Made by a program: the position numbers and the translations under genes. From Eledone cirrhosa (Eukaryota), in contig CAXHJY010000262.1 in NCBI GenBank assembly GCA_964016885.1, positions 1 to 64,000 of the forward strand: a DNA stretch of 64,000 bases. The letters are read 5' to 3'. Shown in pieces: positions 51,433-64,000 of this stretch. The notes under the pieces are model-generated. The model worked only from the letters and a program-made list of their open reading frames with translations, did no database searches and had not been told where the DNA came from. Every line of letters begins with the position of its first letter. Within the stretch, counting starts at the first letter, position 1.

Positions 51433-52069
51433 TATTTTAAATCGATACAGGCAAGCTATATTTATTTGAATTAGTTTATTTCATTCTAGCTAACTTCGTC
51501 TTTTACAATACAAACACTTATGTGTTTATCATATATTAATTTATATTAACTTGTATTTCACGGCTCAGAAATGCTTCTTTCTTTGAGCTAATTAATTGTA
51601 AATGACTGTTTGAGTTTAAACTCTAAATATAATATAATATATATATATAAATAAATACATACACACACATATCCATATATAGATACGCATATACATGCAT
51701 ATACACATACATATAAACGCACATACACACAAACATACGCATACATACATACGGCCACTCATACACATACACACACACATATACAGTATAAAGATGAAGT
51801 ACGTTCTACATGCGAAAAATGAGTGTATATTCATTTGTGTATATGTATATCTATATGTGAGTATGTATAATTACGTGTGTATGAATATGTGTATCTGTGT
51901 GTACATATGTGTATATTTATATATGTGTTCTTATATAGATGTGTGCACATCTGGATATATTTTCAGTTTCTGTTCTAGGTCTCAGAGTAAAAATCCTACT
52001 TAGGTGAAGTTGCTTCTATATTTTGAGGTTCGTAAATGAAATACTGATTCTGTTGTCATTATGTGTCTA

Positions 52070-52189
<120 letters not shown>

Positions 52190-52310
52190 AACCTGAGGAT
52201 GTCTGTCTGTGTGTGAGTTTGAATCCCTAAAACTTGAGAACCACCCAACCGACTGTTTTCAAACTTTACACATGTTATATACATATATATACATATACAT
52301 ATATATATAC

Positions 52311-52391
<81 letters not shown>

Positions 52392-52544
52392 CATATATAT
52401 ATACATATATATATACATATATATATATATATACATATATATATACATATATATATATACATATATATATATACATATATATATATACATATATATACAT
52501 ATATACATATATATATATACATATATATATACATATATATATAC

Positions 52545-52575
<31 letters not shown>

Positions 52576-52590
52576 CATATATATATATAC

Positions 52591-52621
<31 letters not shown>

Positions 52622-52650
52622 CATATATATATATACATATATATATATAC

Positions 52651-52699
<49 letters not shown>

Positions 52700-52795
52700 C
52701 ATATATACATATATACATATATATATATACATATATACATATATACATATATACATATATACATATATATATATACATATATACATATATATATA

Positions 52796-54088
52796 TCATC
52801 ATCATCATCATCATCATCAGGTTTAGCGTCCGTGTTCCACGCTTGCATGGGTTTGGACGGGGGTTTTCCCACTTGAGGCAAGAGTGGTTGTCTTGCTCGC
52901 ATAGGACTGTCTGGCGGGTTTTCTACAGTTGGATGCCCTTCCTAACACCAACCACATTTACAGTGTGGGGCTGGGAGGTTTTTACCGTGTTGCCTACACG
53001 GCCACATTACAGCGTGGACTGTCTGGCGGGTTTTCTACAGCTGGATGCCCTTCCTAACACCAACCACATTTACAGTGTGGGGCTGGGAGGTTTTTACCGT
53101 GTTGCCTACACGGCCACATTTACAGCGTGGACTGTGTGTTTTTTGTCGTGACACCTACACGATCTCATTTGTTTCGGCCTGGATGTTGTGGGACCAACAT
53201 AACTTTACATTGAAAGGGGCGGTGTGGGTGGGGTGGAGGTGGTGGGACGGGGGTGTGTTTTGATAGAGGTGCCTACTGACTGTAGTAGGTTTTTACTTTG
53301 TATTTAGGTAAGGCGGGTCTTCTCTATTACTGAGTACCGCCAAAGGTCTCGGTCCAGTGACATTGTCTTGGAGAGGTGTAAGCGTGTGAGGTCGGAATTT
53401 ATCAGCTCGTCCCATGTTTTTCTGGGTCTGCCTACTCCGTGGCTACCGTCTATCTTTATTGCCCTGCACTTTGTTATACAGCTGTCGTCTTTCATGCGCA
53501 TCACGTGACCGTACCAACGTAGCCTTCTCTCGAGTAAACAACATCTGATCCCTCTTATTTCTAATTTTTTCCTTAGTTCGTTTATGCTTTGCCGTTCACG
53601 TATATTACTATTGCACATCCAGCGGAGCATGCAAGCTTCGTTCCTCTCTAGTCTGCGTATATCCTCTGCACACAATGCCCAGGTCTCACTGCCATGCAGC
53701 ATTGCTGTTCGTATGCAGGCATCGTATAACCTGCCTTTCATTTTTAGGGAGAACCCTCTAGCGGCTAATAGTGGTATAAGCTCTCTGAACTTTTTCCATC
53801 CAGTTCTGACTCTAGCTACTGTACTTTCAGAGCACCCTCCCCCACTGCTGATTTTGTCACCCAGATAACGGAAGCTGTCCACTATTTCTATAGAACCCTC
53901 TGCGCAGTTGAAGGAGCTAGTATTTTGTGGGCACTTGCTGCTACTTATTGCACCAGAGCACCGGCCACATGTAAAATCTATGTTCTTAGTTAGCTTACCT
54001 GTGATCCCACTACATCTTTTATGCACCCATACTTTGCATTTGGGACATAAAATGGAGTTTCTACCTACGCCTTTCCTACACACTGAGC
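52796..54088 (-). mobile_element. 5'-truncated RTE LINE (subfamily a) with (GAT)n tail
   Basis: ORF 53304-54083 homologous to 20580-21361; internal ~100-bp duplication in the 3' UTR. Confidence 0.92.
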
Positions 54089-54286
54089 GTCAGTCATACA
54101 AAAGTGAGTTAGAAGCGAAACGAAATTTAATTTCGTTTCGTTATTTGTTTTTATCGTTTCCGCTGAACCGGTGCGTACAATGACTCACGTTCTATGCAAA
54201 TTAGTCTACCCACTACTAATTTTCATAGAAAAAGCATATAACGATATGTGCTTTTACAATTCTCCAGAGAAGCCGGAAGATGGGTA

Positions 54287-54331
54287 AATATTGCTGATGA
54301 GATGTAATAACATCGAAACTAGTCCAATATT
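54287..54331 (+). ncRNA. Minimal type-I hammerhead ribozyme (family R)
   Basis: AATATTG-CTGATGA-GATGT(AATA)ACATC-GAAA-CTAG-TC^CAATATT; predicted cleavage after 54324. Confidence 0.9.
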
Positions 54332-54755
54332 CCTGTCTGGCCCTCTGGGGAATAGAGGAAATGTGTTTCCTTGAAAACTCGTATGACTCTAAAACCCGGT
54401 CCGCCTGTGTGGTTACATACAGACTAGCTGACACTCACTGTAAAGTGTCTAGTGAAAAGCTGAGTACATGTACATATGTATACATGTGTGTATTTATATG
54501 CATACTAATACTTCCGTATACATATGTAGATGTACACTTTAACTTAATTGTTTAAGCGTCAGTCATACAAAAGTGAGTTAGAAGCGAAACGAAATTTAAT
54601 TTCGTTTCGTTATTTGTTTTTATCGTTTCCGCTGAACCGGTGCGTACAATGACTCATGTTCTATGCAAATTAGTCTACCCACTACTAATTTTCATAGAAA
54701 AAGCATATAACGATATGTGCTTTTACAATTCTCCAGAGAAGCCGGAAGATGGGTA

Positions 54756-54800
54756 AATATTGCTGATGAGATGTAATAACATCGAAACTAGTCCAATATT
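54756..54800 (+). ncRNA. Minimal type-I hammerhead ribozyme (family R)
   Basis: Identical to 54287-54331; predicted cleavage after 54793. Confidence 0.9.
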
Positions 54801-55040
54801 CCTGTCTGGCCCTCTGGGGAATAGAGGAAATGTGTTTCCTTGAAAACTCGTATGACTCTAAAACCCGGTCCGCCTGTGTGGTTACATACAGACTAGCTGA
54901 CACTCACTGTAAAGTGTCTAGTGAAAAGCTGAGTACATGTACATATGTATACATGTGTGTATTTATATGCATACTAATACTTCCGTATACATATGTAGAT
55001 GTACACTTTAACTTAATTGTTATATATATATATATATATA

Positions 55041-57005
55041 GATTATTTTGACATTAAATCCCGTAAATATCCACCTAGAATTAAAGACATGGCCAACTTC
55101 GAATTAGACCTTGTTAATCTAATTAGTGATATCAAATTTCGTAAGTACAATAATAATTTTCAAACTAAACTTTCTCACGATATCTCTAATTTTAGAAATT
55201 CTACAAACACTTTCGTTCTTTCTGATAAAACTAAAAACCTCTTTGAAGTTAATAGTAATTTGTATAACCAACTTTTAACTAATAGTATTACCAATAAATA
55301 TCAATTAACTAATAATAATAGCTACAATACTATCAATAAAGAAGCTAAAGAACTAGCTAGTTCTTTACAAATAGATAACCGGATTGAAAGCTTAGCTAAG
55401 CGTAAAGCATATATTACCCTTAAAGACCATAAATTGGACTTTACTAATCGACCTAGTTGTAGACTGATTAACCCGGCTAAATCCGAGGTTGGCCTTGCTA
55501 GTAAGAAAATCTTAAGAAAAATAATTCTCCAAATTAGAACTAACACTGTCCTTTCACAGTGGCTAAATACTTCCTCTGTTATTTCTTGGTTCAATAATAT
55601 ACAAGGTAAAAATAAGTGTAGATTTACCCAATTTGATATTGTCGATTTTTACCCTTCTATTACTGTTTCCTTATTAACTAAAGCCTTAGATTTTGCAAGA
55701 CCCTTCATTAATATCTCCAAATTAGAAGAGGACATTATCTTTCATGCTAGAAAAACTTTACTTTTTACTAATGATAATATTTGGGTTAAAAAGTCAAACC
55801 CTGAAAACTCTTTCGATGTTGCAATGGGTTCCTATGACAGTGCGGATGTGTGCGACTTAGTAGGATTATTCCTTCTGCACACACTCAAAGAGAAATTTCC
55901 GTCCCATAATATCGGTTTATACCGTGATGACGGATTAGCAGTTTCTCATACCACCAACGGCCATAATCTTGATAAATTCCGTAAAGATTTAATTAGTACT
56001 TTTGCTAATCTTAACCTTAAAATTACTATAGATATGAACCTTACTAATGCTAACTTTCTTGATATTAATCTTGATCTACTTACTGCCTCTTTTAAACCTT
56101 ATCATAAACCTAATGAAAATCTTAGGTATATACACAAAGAGTCTTGCCATCCCCCTATAGTTTTTAATAATCTTATTCCTAACATTAGCCGTAGGATTTT
56201 TACCTTATCTTCGTCTATAGAGATTTTTAATAAAGCCGCCCCTTATAAAACAGCGGTTTTACAGAAAATATTTCTTATTTACCTACTCCCCCCCCCCCCT
56301 AAAACTAACCATAATAACAGGAAAAGGAAGATTATTTGGTTCACACCCCCCTTCTCTCTAAATGTCAAAACTAATGTAGGAAGGAAATTCCTTGAACTAT
56401 TAGACAAACATTTTCCTCCTATTCATAGATATTATAAGATTTTTAATAGGAATGTAGTTAAGATCAGCTACTCTTGTTGCCCATCCATGAAGTCCAAAAT
56501 CACCAGTTCAAACCGTACGAGGATAAATCCAGGATGCAGTTGCAGGAAGCCGGATGAATGCCCATTGCAGGGTAAATGTAACACAAAATCTGTCGTTTAT
56601 GAGGCTAAGATAACGCCAGTTATCAACAACCAGCCAGCCAGAAGTGAGCGATATGTCGGTATGACCCAGGACAGGTTTAAAACCAGATTTTACTCACATG
56701 TCGCTTCTTTTAAACACTCAGATAAACGAACATCAACGGCCCTCGCAAGTAAGGTATGGGATCTCAAGGATAGTAATATCCCGTACTCTATTGATTGGTC
56801 TATATTAGACCATTCGAGGGAGTACCAAAGGGGCACAAAGAATTGTTCTTTGTGTACCACAGAAAAGTATAGGATTTTGCTAAACTTGAGAGCCACTTCC
56901 GCTTGCCTTAACTCAAAGACTGAGATCTTCAGATGCTGTCCTCATCTGAAATCGCATCTGATCTGTAACTGGATTGACACTCCTACGATAAATCAACCGC
57001 CTTGA
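55041..57005 (+). CDS. Penelope-like element polyprotein (RT plus C-terminal GIY-YIG endonuclease), 5'-truncated
   Basis: RT motifs QFDIVDFYPSI, AMGSYDSADVCDL, YRDDG; Cys linker CSCRKPDECPLQGKC; VVYEAKI..RYVGMTQDRFKTRF; C-terminal CSLC..CCPH. Confidence 0.9.
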   Translation, partial: DYFDIKSRKYPPRIKDMANFELDLVNLISDIKFRKYNNNFQTKLSHDISNFRNSTNTFVLSDKTKNLFEVNSNLYNQLLTNSITNKYQLTNNNSYNTINKEAKELASSLQIDNRIESLAKRKAYITLKDHKLDFTNRPSCRLINPAKSEVGLASKKILRKIILQIRTNTVLSQWLNTSSVISWFNNIQGKNKCRFTQFDIVDFYPSITVSLLTKALDFARPFINISKLEEDIIFHARKTLLFTNDNIWVKKSNPENSFDVAMGSYDSADVCDLVGLFLLHTLKEKFPSHNIGLYRDDGLAVSHTTNGHNLDKFRKDLISTFANLNLKITIDMNLTNANFLDINLDLLTASFKPYHKPNENLRYIHKESCHPPIVFNNLIPNISRRIFTLSSSIEIFNKAAPYKTAVLQKIFLIYLLPPPPKTNHNNRKRKIIWFTPPFSLNVKTNVGRKFLELLDKHFPPIHRYYKIFNRNVVKISYSCCPSMKSKITSSNRTRINPGCSCRKPDECPLQGKCNTKSVVYEAKITPVINNQPARSERYVGMTQDRFKTRFYSHVASFKHSDKRTSTALASKVWDLKDSNIPYSIDWSILDHSREYQRGTKNCSLCTTEKYRILLNLRATSACLNSKTEIFRCCPHLKSHLICNWIDTPTINQPP

Positions 57006-57250
57006 ACTCCTTCTCTGCTCTTTACTTTTGCTACGGTTTTTATTTTGCCGATTCTACCTTCTGTACTCTTGTATATTTAAAATTTTTTTCTCCCTTACCT
57101 CCCCTTATATTTTTACCTCCTCTTAGCCCCCCCCCCCCATATATTCTTTTTGTTTTGCCCTTCACATACCTATGTGTATGTGTATGTATTTTTGTGTGTA
57201 TATATATATATATATGTGTATGTATGTATATATGTACGTATGTGTTTGTG

Positions 57251-57317
<67 letters not shown>

Positions 57318-57401
57318 GTGTGTGTGCGTGTCTGTATGTGTGTATATTATTGTATATTTGTGTGTGTATATGTATGTATATGTGGATAAACCAGGCTTTT
57401 T

Positions 57402-57459
57402 TTCATTCTGAAGATTGAAGGAAACTTTTTTTGCTTTTAAGAAACCTCTGGTGAATGGA
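57402..57459 (+). ncRNA. Hammerhead-like motif (family A, internal, GTG site)
   Basis: TTCATT-CTGAAGA-TTGAAG..CTTTTAA-GAAA-CCTCTGG-TG-AATGGA. Confidence 0.6.
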
Positions 57460-57915
57460 TTAATTGCCTTGTATGGCTTTATTACTTTACTACTATATAT
57501 ACGTTTATGTAAGGTTCATTTGTCTTATCTAATACTGAGCTTTACACATACACACATGTATATGTGTGTGTGTATGTGTATGCATGTGTGAATGTGTACG
57601 TGTATGTGTGTATATATATGTATGTGTATATATATGTATATATATATATATGTGTATGTATATGTATATATGTATATGTATATATGTGTATATGTATGTG
57701 TATGTATGTATATGTGTGCGTGTGTATTTATTTATTTTTATGTATGTGTGGGTTTGAGTGTGGGTGTGTGTGTGTATGTGTGTGTGTTTGTATTTAGTTG
57801 TGCGTTCTTTTGATATATACGTATTTGCATGTGTATAATTGTTTAGCTATGTATGTATATGTGTGTTTACGTATTTATATGTGTGTGTGCGTTTATATTT
57901 TTATATTTTTGTATG

Positions 57916-57954
<39 letters not shown>

Positions 57955-58343
57955 ATATAATTACATATACATGTGTGTGTTTATATTGTATACGTGTACG
58001 TGTTTGTGTATGTATGTGTATGTACGTGTTTATGTATTTGTATATGTATATTTATGTGTGAGAGTGTGTGTATGTGTTTACTATTTCGTACGTATGTATA
58101 TGTGCTTATGTGTGTATTACTTACCACGCGTGTCTGTCCTGTTAGCTGGGGCATGTATCGCTGTCAAAAATTTGTTAATATATATTTATATATTTTTTCT
58201 TATATTTATTTGCGTGTGTGAATATGTAGTGGAGTGCATTCATGTATGTGTATGTATGTACGTTGTATGTTTGTGTGAATGTATGTATGTGTGTATATAT
58301 ATGTGTGTGTGTATGTGTATGCTTGTACACACACATGTGTGTG

Positions 58344-58378
<35 letters not shown>

Positions 58379-58751
58379 GTACATGTATATATATGTGGGT
58401 GTGTATGTGTGTGTATGTGTATATGTGTGTGTGTGTGTGTGTGTATGTATGAATGTATGTATGTGTATATGTGTGTATATATGTGTATGTGTGTGTAGGT
58501 GTACGCTCTTTATATATATATATATATATATATGTGTATATGTATATGTGTATGCGTACATTTATATATGTGTATATATGTATGTGTGTAAGTATGCTTT
58601 TGTGTTTTTTTTTTTTTTTTGTTTTTTTTGTGTGTGTTTGCATGTGTAGTTTTATTTTATTTTTCCTTTCCTTCTCCCTTTTCCAGCCTCACTTTCATAT
58701 AGATTGCATTTTTGTTTTTAGAATCCATATTCAATAAACAAACCAGGATTT

Positions 58752-58809
58752 TTCATTCTGAGGATTGAAAGCAAAACCTTTTGCTTTTAAGAAACCACTG
58801 GTAAATGGA
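58752..58809 (+). ncRNA. Type-I hammerhead (family A, terminal, GTA site)
   Basis: TTCATT-CTGAGGA-TTGAAAGCAAAA(CC)TTTTGCTTTTAA-GAAA-CCACTGG-TA^AATGGA. Confidence 0.82.
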
Positions 58810-58901
58810 ATAATTGCCTTATGTTGTTTATTACATAATAATAATATATATATATACATATATAATATAAGATCAAAAGATGGTTAAAGGAGTTCAATAT
58901 A

Positions 58902-58968
58902 TTTTATTATGCGCATTTCAAAAACAAACATCATCAAACAATAATATTTGTGTTTTCATCAGATAAAA
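58902..58968 (-). ncRNA. Type-I hammerhead (family B) within pLTR fragment 58860-59035
   Basis: Same as 30412-30478 apart from a change near the stem II loop. Confidence 0.8.
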
Positions 58969-59046
58969 CAGGAGAACATGATATGAAGGCTAAAAAAACA
59001 CTTGTTGATAGTGCAGTTTTAAATCAACATATCATGATATGGGGCA

Positions 59047-59089
<43 letters not shown>

Positions 59090-59093
59090 TATT

Positions 59094-59127
<34 letters not shown>

Positions 59128-59131
59128 TATT

Positions 59132-59165
<34 letters not shown>

Positions 59166-59199
59166 TATTTATATATATATATATATATATACACATATA

Positions 59200-59237
<38 letters not shown>

Positions 59238-59243
59238 AATATA

Positions 59244-59287
<44 letters not shown>

Positions 59288-59293
59288 AATATA

Positions 59294-59335
<42 letters not shown>

Positions 59336-59339
59336 TATT

Positions 59340-59549
<210 letters not shown>

Positions 59550-59588
59550 CATATATATACATATATATATATATATACATATATATAC

Positions 59589-59801
<213 letters not shown>

Positions 59802-59807
59802 TATACA

Positions 59808-59837
<30 letters not shown>

Positions 59838-59838
<1 letters not shown>

Positions 59839-60685
59839 TCGAACTGATCCACTTTGGAAAAGAGGATGCTCTGAAACTCCCGTACTCCCTTCCCTCCGGG
59901 GAAACTCTCGTGGCATCTAACAACATCAGAGACTTGGGAGTAACCGTGGACAGCAACATAAGCTGGACCACGCATATAAGCAGCAAAGTTGACATGGCCC
60001 GCAGAATGTGTTCCTGGATCCTCAGAACCTTCCAGTCGAGAGATTCCCGCACCATTATCCTTCTCTTCTCTACTTTCGCCCGACCACACCTTGAATACTG
60101 TTGTCCACTGTGGTCTCCCCACACGAAACAAAGTATCATGAAACTTGAAGCTCCTCAAAGGGCAATCACGAAAAAGATAGATGGCATGTCAGACCTTGAC
60201 TACTGGGGTCGATTGGAAAACCTGAAACTTTACTCACTCCAACGTCGCCGTGAGCGTTATATTATCTGCATGATGTGGAAAATGTTCCATCATCACTGCC
60301 CAAATGATGTTGGCATCGCCTTCAAGATACACCCAAGGCTTGGGCCCCGTGCTATCCATCCCATTCAAAAATCTAAATCGCAACTCATAACAACAATACG
60401 GGACAATTATTTCACCTCAATCGGCCCTGCTCTCTTCAACATCACACCAGGACACGTCAAAACAGAAACTGACCACACAAAATTCAAGAAGTCTTTGGAC
60501 AAATTCCTCCAAGTAATCCCGGACAAACCACCCACACCCGGATATGTCTCCGCAAACAGTAATTCTCTTCTCGAATGGGCCATGGTGCCCAAATCCTGAA
60601 TTGAAAGACTTCGCCAGGTGGTGCTATTAAGTTAGACATGGCCTGGGCCAATACTGGCCAAAACATTTCAAAGTTATTCAAAGTT
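59838..60685 (+). mobile_element. 5'-truncated CR1-like LINE (ORF2 C-terminus plus 3' tail)
   Basis: [58 protein letters not shown]; tail (TTCAAAGTTA)2. Confidence 0.88.
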
Positions 60686-60701
60686 ATATATATATATATA
60701 C

Positions 60702-60888
<187 letters not shown>

Positions 60889-60907
60889 CATATATACATA
60901 TATATAC

Positions 60908-60954
<47 letters not shown>

Positions 60955-60961
60955 TATGTAG

Positions 60962-61180
60962 ATAAATCTACCAAGAGTTTACGGTAGTGTCCAATCCGTA
61001 TGAAGAACTCAATGTATTCCGGATATCATGGAAAGAAGAAATGTAATGAAAAATCACTTTCGGTGAAAGATAAACGGTATACAGAGTCAAGATAAAATAT
61101 TAAACAAATAATGAATAAACAATTCCTTATATTAAACAAAAAAAGTTCATTATTTAACGATCGTTTCTAGGATATATATA
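60962..61180 (-). mobile_element. PLE family C terminal fragment carrying the 3' half of the hammerhead
   Basis: Reverse complement matches 10247-10335 (TATCCTAGAAACGATCGTTAAATAATGAAC...). Confidence 0.7.
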
Positions 61181-61286
61181 CATATATATATATATACATA
61201 CAGTATTGGCCCAGGCCATGTCTAACTTAATAGCACCACCTGGCGAAGTCTTTCAATTCAGGATTTGGGCACCATGGCCCATTCGA

Positions 61287-63520
61287 GAAGAGAAGCAGAG
61301 GATAGAAAATTCAAGCATGTTTTACAACGTGAGGACCAGAAACAGGAGGTATTCAAGATTGCGAGGCAGTGTGTCAGAGATAGTTGTGATGTCATTGGAG
61401 AGAAGTGTATCCGGAATGATAAAGGTGAGCTTGCCCTCACAAGTGCTGAGAAGAAAGATGCATGGAAGAGTCATTATGATAGATTACTAAATGAGGAGAA
61501 TGCATGGGAAGAAGAGACCCTACCCCACGTAGACCCTATAGAGGGACCAGCAGTACAAGTCAGCGGCAGCGTAGTAAGTAAGGCAATCAGAGATATGAAG
61601 ATAGGGAAGGCAACCGGTCCATCGGGTATAGCTGCCGAGATGCTGAAGGCATCTGGGTCTGTAGGTCACACTATAACCACACGTATCGTTAACCAGGTAA
61701 TACTAGAGGGGGCCATACCAAAAGATTGGTGCAGTAGCATCATTGTCAACTGCTACAAAGGTAAAGGCGATGCACTAGATAGAGGAAACTATAGAGGTAT
61801 AAAGTTGATGGACCAGGTCATGAAAGTAACAGAAAGAGTTATAGCACAGCTGATTAGGGACCGGGTGAATATAGACGAGATGCAATTTGGGTTTGTTCCA
61901 GGGAAAGGCACCACTGATGCGCTCTTCCTTGTGAGGCAATTACAGGAAAAGTACCTAGCTAAAAGTAAGCCACTCTACTTGGCATTTGTCGACCTTGAGA
62001 AAGCCTTTGACAGAGTTCCACGTGCAGTAATCTGGTGGGCTCTTAGAAAACTAGGAGTAGATGAATGGCTTGTGAAAGCGGTACAAGCCATGTATAGGGG
62101 AGCAGTCAGCAAAGTTAGGATTGGCAATGAGTATAGCGAGGAATTTAGCGTACAGGTTGGGGTCCACCAGGGCTCTGTTCTTAGCCCTCTCCTGTTCATC
62201 ATAGTCCTGCAGGCAATAACGGAGGAGTTTAAGACCGGATGCCCATGGGAACTCCTGTATGCTGATGACCTCGCACTCATAGCTGAATCTATGGTAGAAC
62301 TAGAGAATAAATTCCAAACCTGGAAGCAGGGACTAGAGAGAAAGGGCCTCAAAGTCAACATGACAAAGACTAAGGTCCTTATAAGTAGACGAGAAAACAG
62401 AACCCAGATCCCCTCAGGGAAATGGCCTTGCTCAGTATGTAGGAAAGGTGTAGGTAGGAACTCCATTCTTTGCCCCAAATGCAAACAATGGGTACACAAG
62501 AGATGTAGCGGGATCTCAGGAAGCTTAATTAAGAATGTAGGATTCACATGCAGCAGCTGTGCTGAAACAGCAAGCAAACAGCCACAGGAAACAAGTACCA
62601 CCAATCTCTGGGAGGGCCCTGTAGAAACAGTAGACAGCTTCTGCTACCTAGGTGACCGAATTAGCAACGGAGGTGGGTGCTCAGAAAGTACAATAACTAG
62701 GGTAAGAACGGGATGGAAGAAGTTTAGGGAACTACTACCACTGCTAGCTGCAAAAGGCTTCTCCCTCAGAATGAAAGGCAGACTGTATGATGCGTGTATC
62801 CGAACAGCGATGTTGCATGGTAGTGAGACCTGGGCGCTGAAGGTGGAAGACTTACGTAGATTAGAGAGAAACGAAGCCTGCATGCTCCGATGGATGTGTA
62901 ACAGTAATATACGTGAACGACAAAGCATAAATGAATTGAGAGAGAGACTGAGCATAAGAGGAATCAAATGCTGCGTGCAGGAGAGGCGGTTACGCTGGTA
63001 TGGACATGTGATGCGTATGAAGGATGACAGCTGCATAAAAAGGTGCAGAGCACTAGAAGTTGATGGAAACCGCGGAGTGGGGAGACCCAAGATGACTTGG
63101 GATGAGGTGATAAGAGCCGACCTTACCCAACTACACCTCTCAAAGTCAATGACACACGACCGTGACTTCTGGCGTCACGCAGTAATACAGGGTACCCGAC
63201 CTCCCATGGGTACATGCTGAAGCATATAAACAATATGCCCCCCCCCCCCCACCGCAAGGTGGTCGTGGAGGTGCCACGGCAAAAAAGCACCCAGCCCACA
63301 CTGTAAAGTGGACGTGTAGGCGCCACGAAAAAGCACCCAGCACTCACTGTAAATGAGGTTGGTGTTAGGAAGGGCATCCAGCTGTAGAAATCAAGCCAGA
63401 TCAGTTCCTGTATGAGCAAGGCATGGTCAGCCGACCAGACACTGCCCACAACAGGACAACCCGTCTAACCCATGCTAGCGTGGAAGAACGGACGTAAAAC
63501 GGTGATGATGTGATGATGAT
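61287..63520 (+). mobile_element. 5'-truncated RTE LINE (subfamily b) with uninterrupted RT frame (to 63220) and (GAT)n tail
   Basis: Full RT motif set KATGPSG, QFGF, FVDLEKAFDRV, HQGSVLSP, YADD; no endonuclease domain present. Confidence 0.93.
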
Positions 63521-63526
63521 ATATAC

Positions 63527-63625
<99 letters not shown>

Positions 63626-64000
63626 CATATATATATACATATATATACATATATATATACATATATATACACATATATATATACATATATATATACATAT
63701 ATATATACATATATACATACATATATATATACATATATACATATATAAATACATATATATATACATACATATATATATACATATATACATATATAAATAC
63801 ATATATATATACATATATATATACATATATATATATATACATATATATACATATATATATATATATATACATATATACATATATATATACATATATATAT
63901 ATATATACATATATATATACATATATACATATATATATACATATATATATACATATATATATACATATATACATATATATATACATATATATATACATAT

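Larger units (their letters stand above)
54086..55021 (+). mobile_element. 469-bp hammerhead-containing tandem dimer, retrozyme-like
   Basis: Two near-identical units (54086, 54555), diverged homolog of the 465-bp array; ends AACTTAATTGTT then (TA)n. Confidence 0.85.
55041..58840 (+). mobile_element. Penelope-like element family A with long 3' region carrying two hammerheads
   Basis: ORF plus 3' region homologous to 16850-18450; flanked by (TA)n. Confidence 0.85.

Noticed and set aside
61975-63090. Antisense ORFs over RTE copies (also 19945-21081, 53584-54183)
   Set aside because: Shadow frames of RT coding sequence with no recognisable motifs

Overview
Very AT-rich, repeat-dominated eukaryotic DNA. 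It is most consistent with an octopus (coleoid cephalopod) C2H2 zinc-finger cluster; this is inferred from the tandem C2H2 arrays, CORE-type tRNA SINEs, RTE LINEs and very long (TA)n tracts. Two paralogous C2H2-ZNF genes (about 20 and 13 fingers), each with a single coding exon, diverge head-to-head and share inverted-duplicated upstream exon/intron sequence. Between them lie a 70-bp satellite and a ~410-bp hairpin. The rest is decayed RTE and CR1 LINEs, Penelope-like elements (PLEs, one with a 662-codon RT+GIY-YIG frame), solo LTRs, MITEs, SINEs and a Helentron-like element. The most notable signal is about 14 full, partial or degenerate type-I hammerhead ribozyme motifs in four distinct families, each with its own palindromic stem III. 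One family sits in non-coding 465/469-bp tandem arrays that look like a retrozyme (a circular-RNA-producing non-autonomous retroelement) next to PLE copies. Nearly all Y/I/M/C/V/H/T-rich ORFs in the track are microsatellite artefacts.
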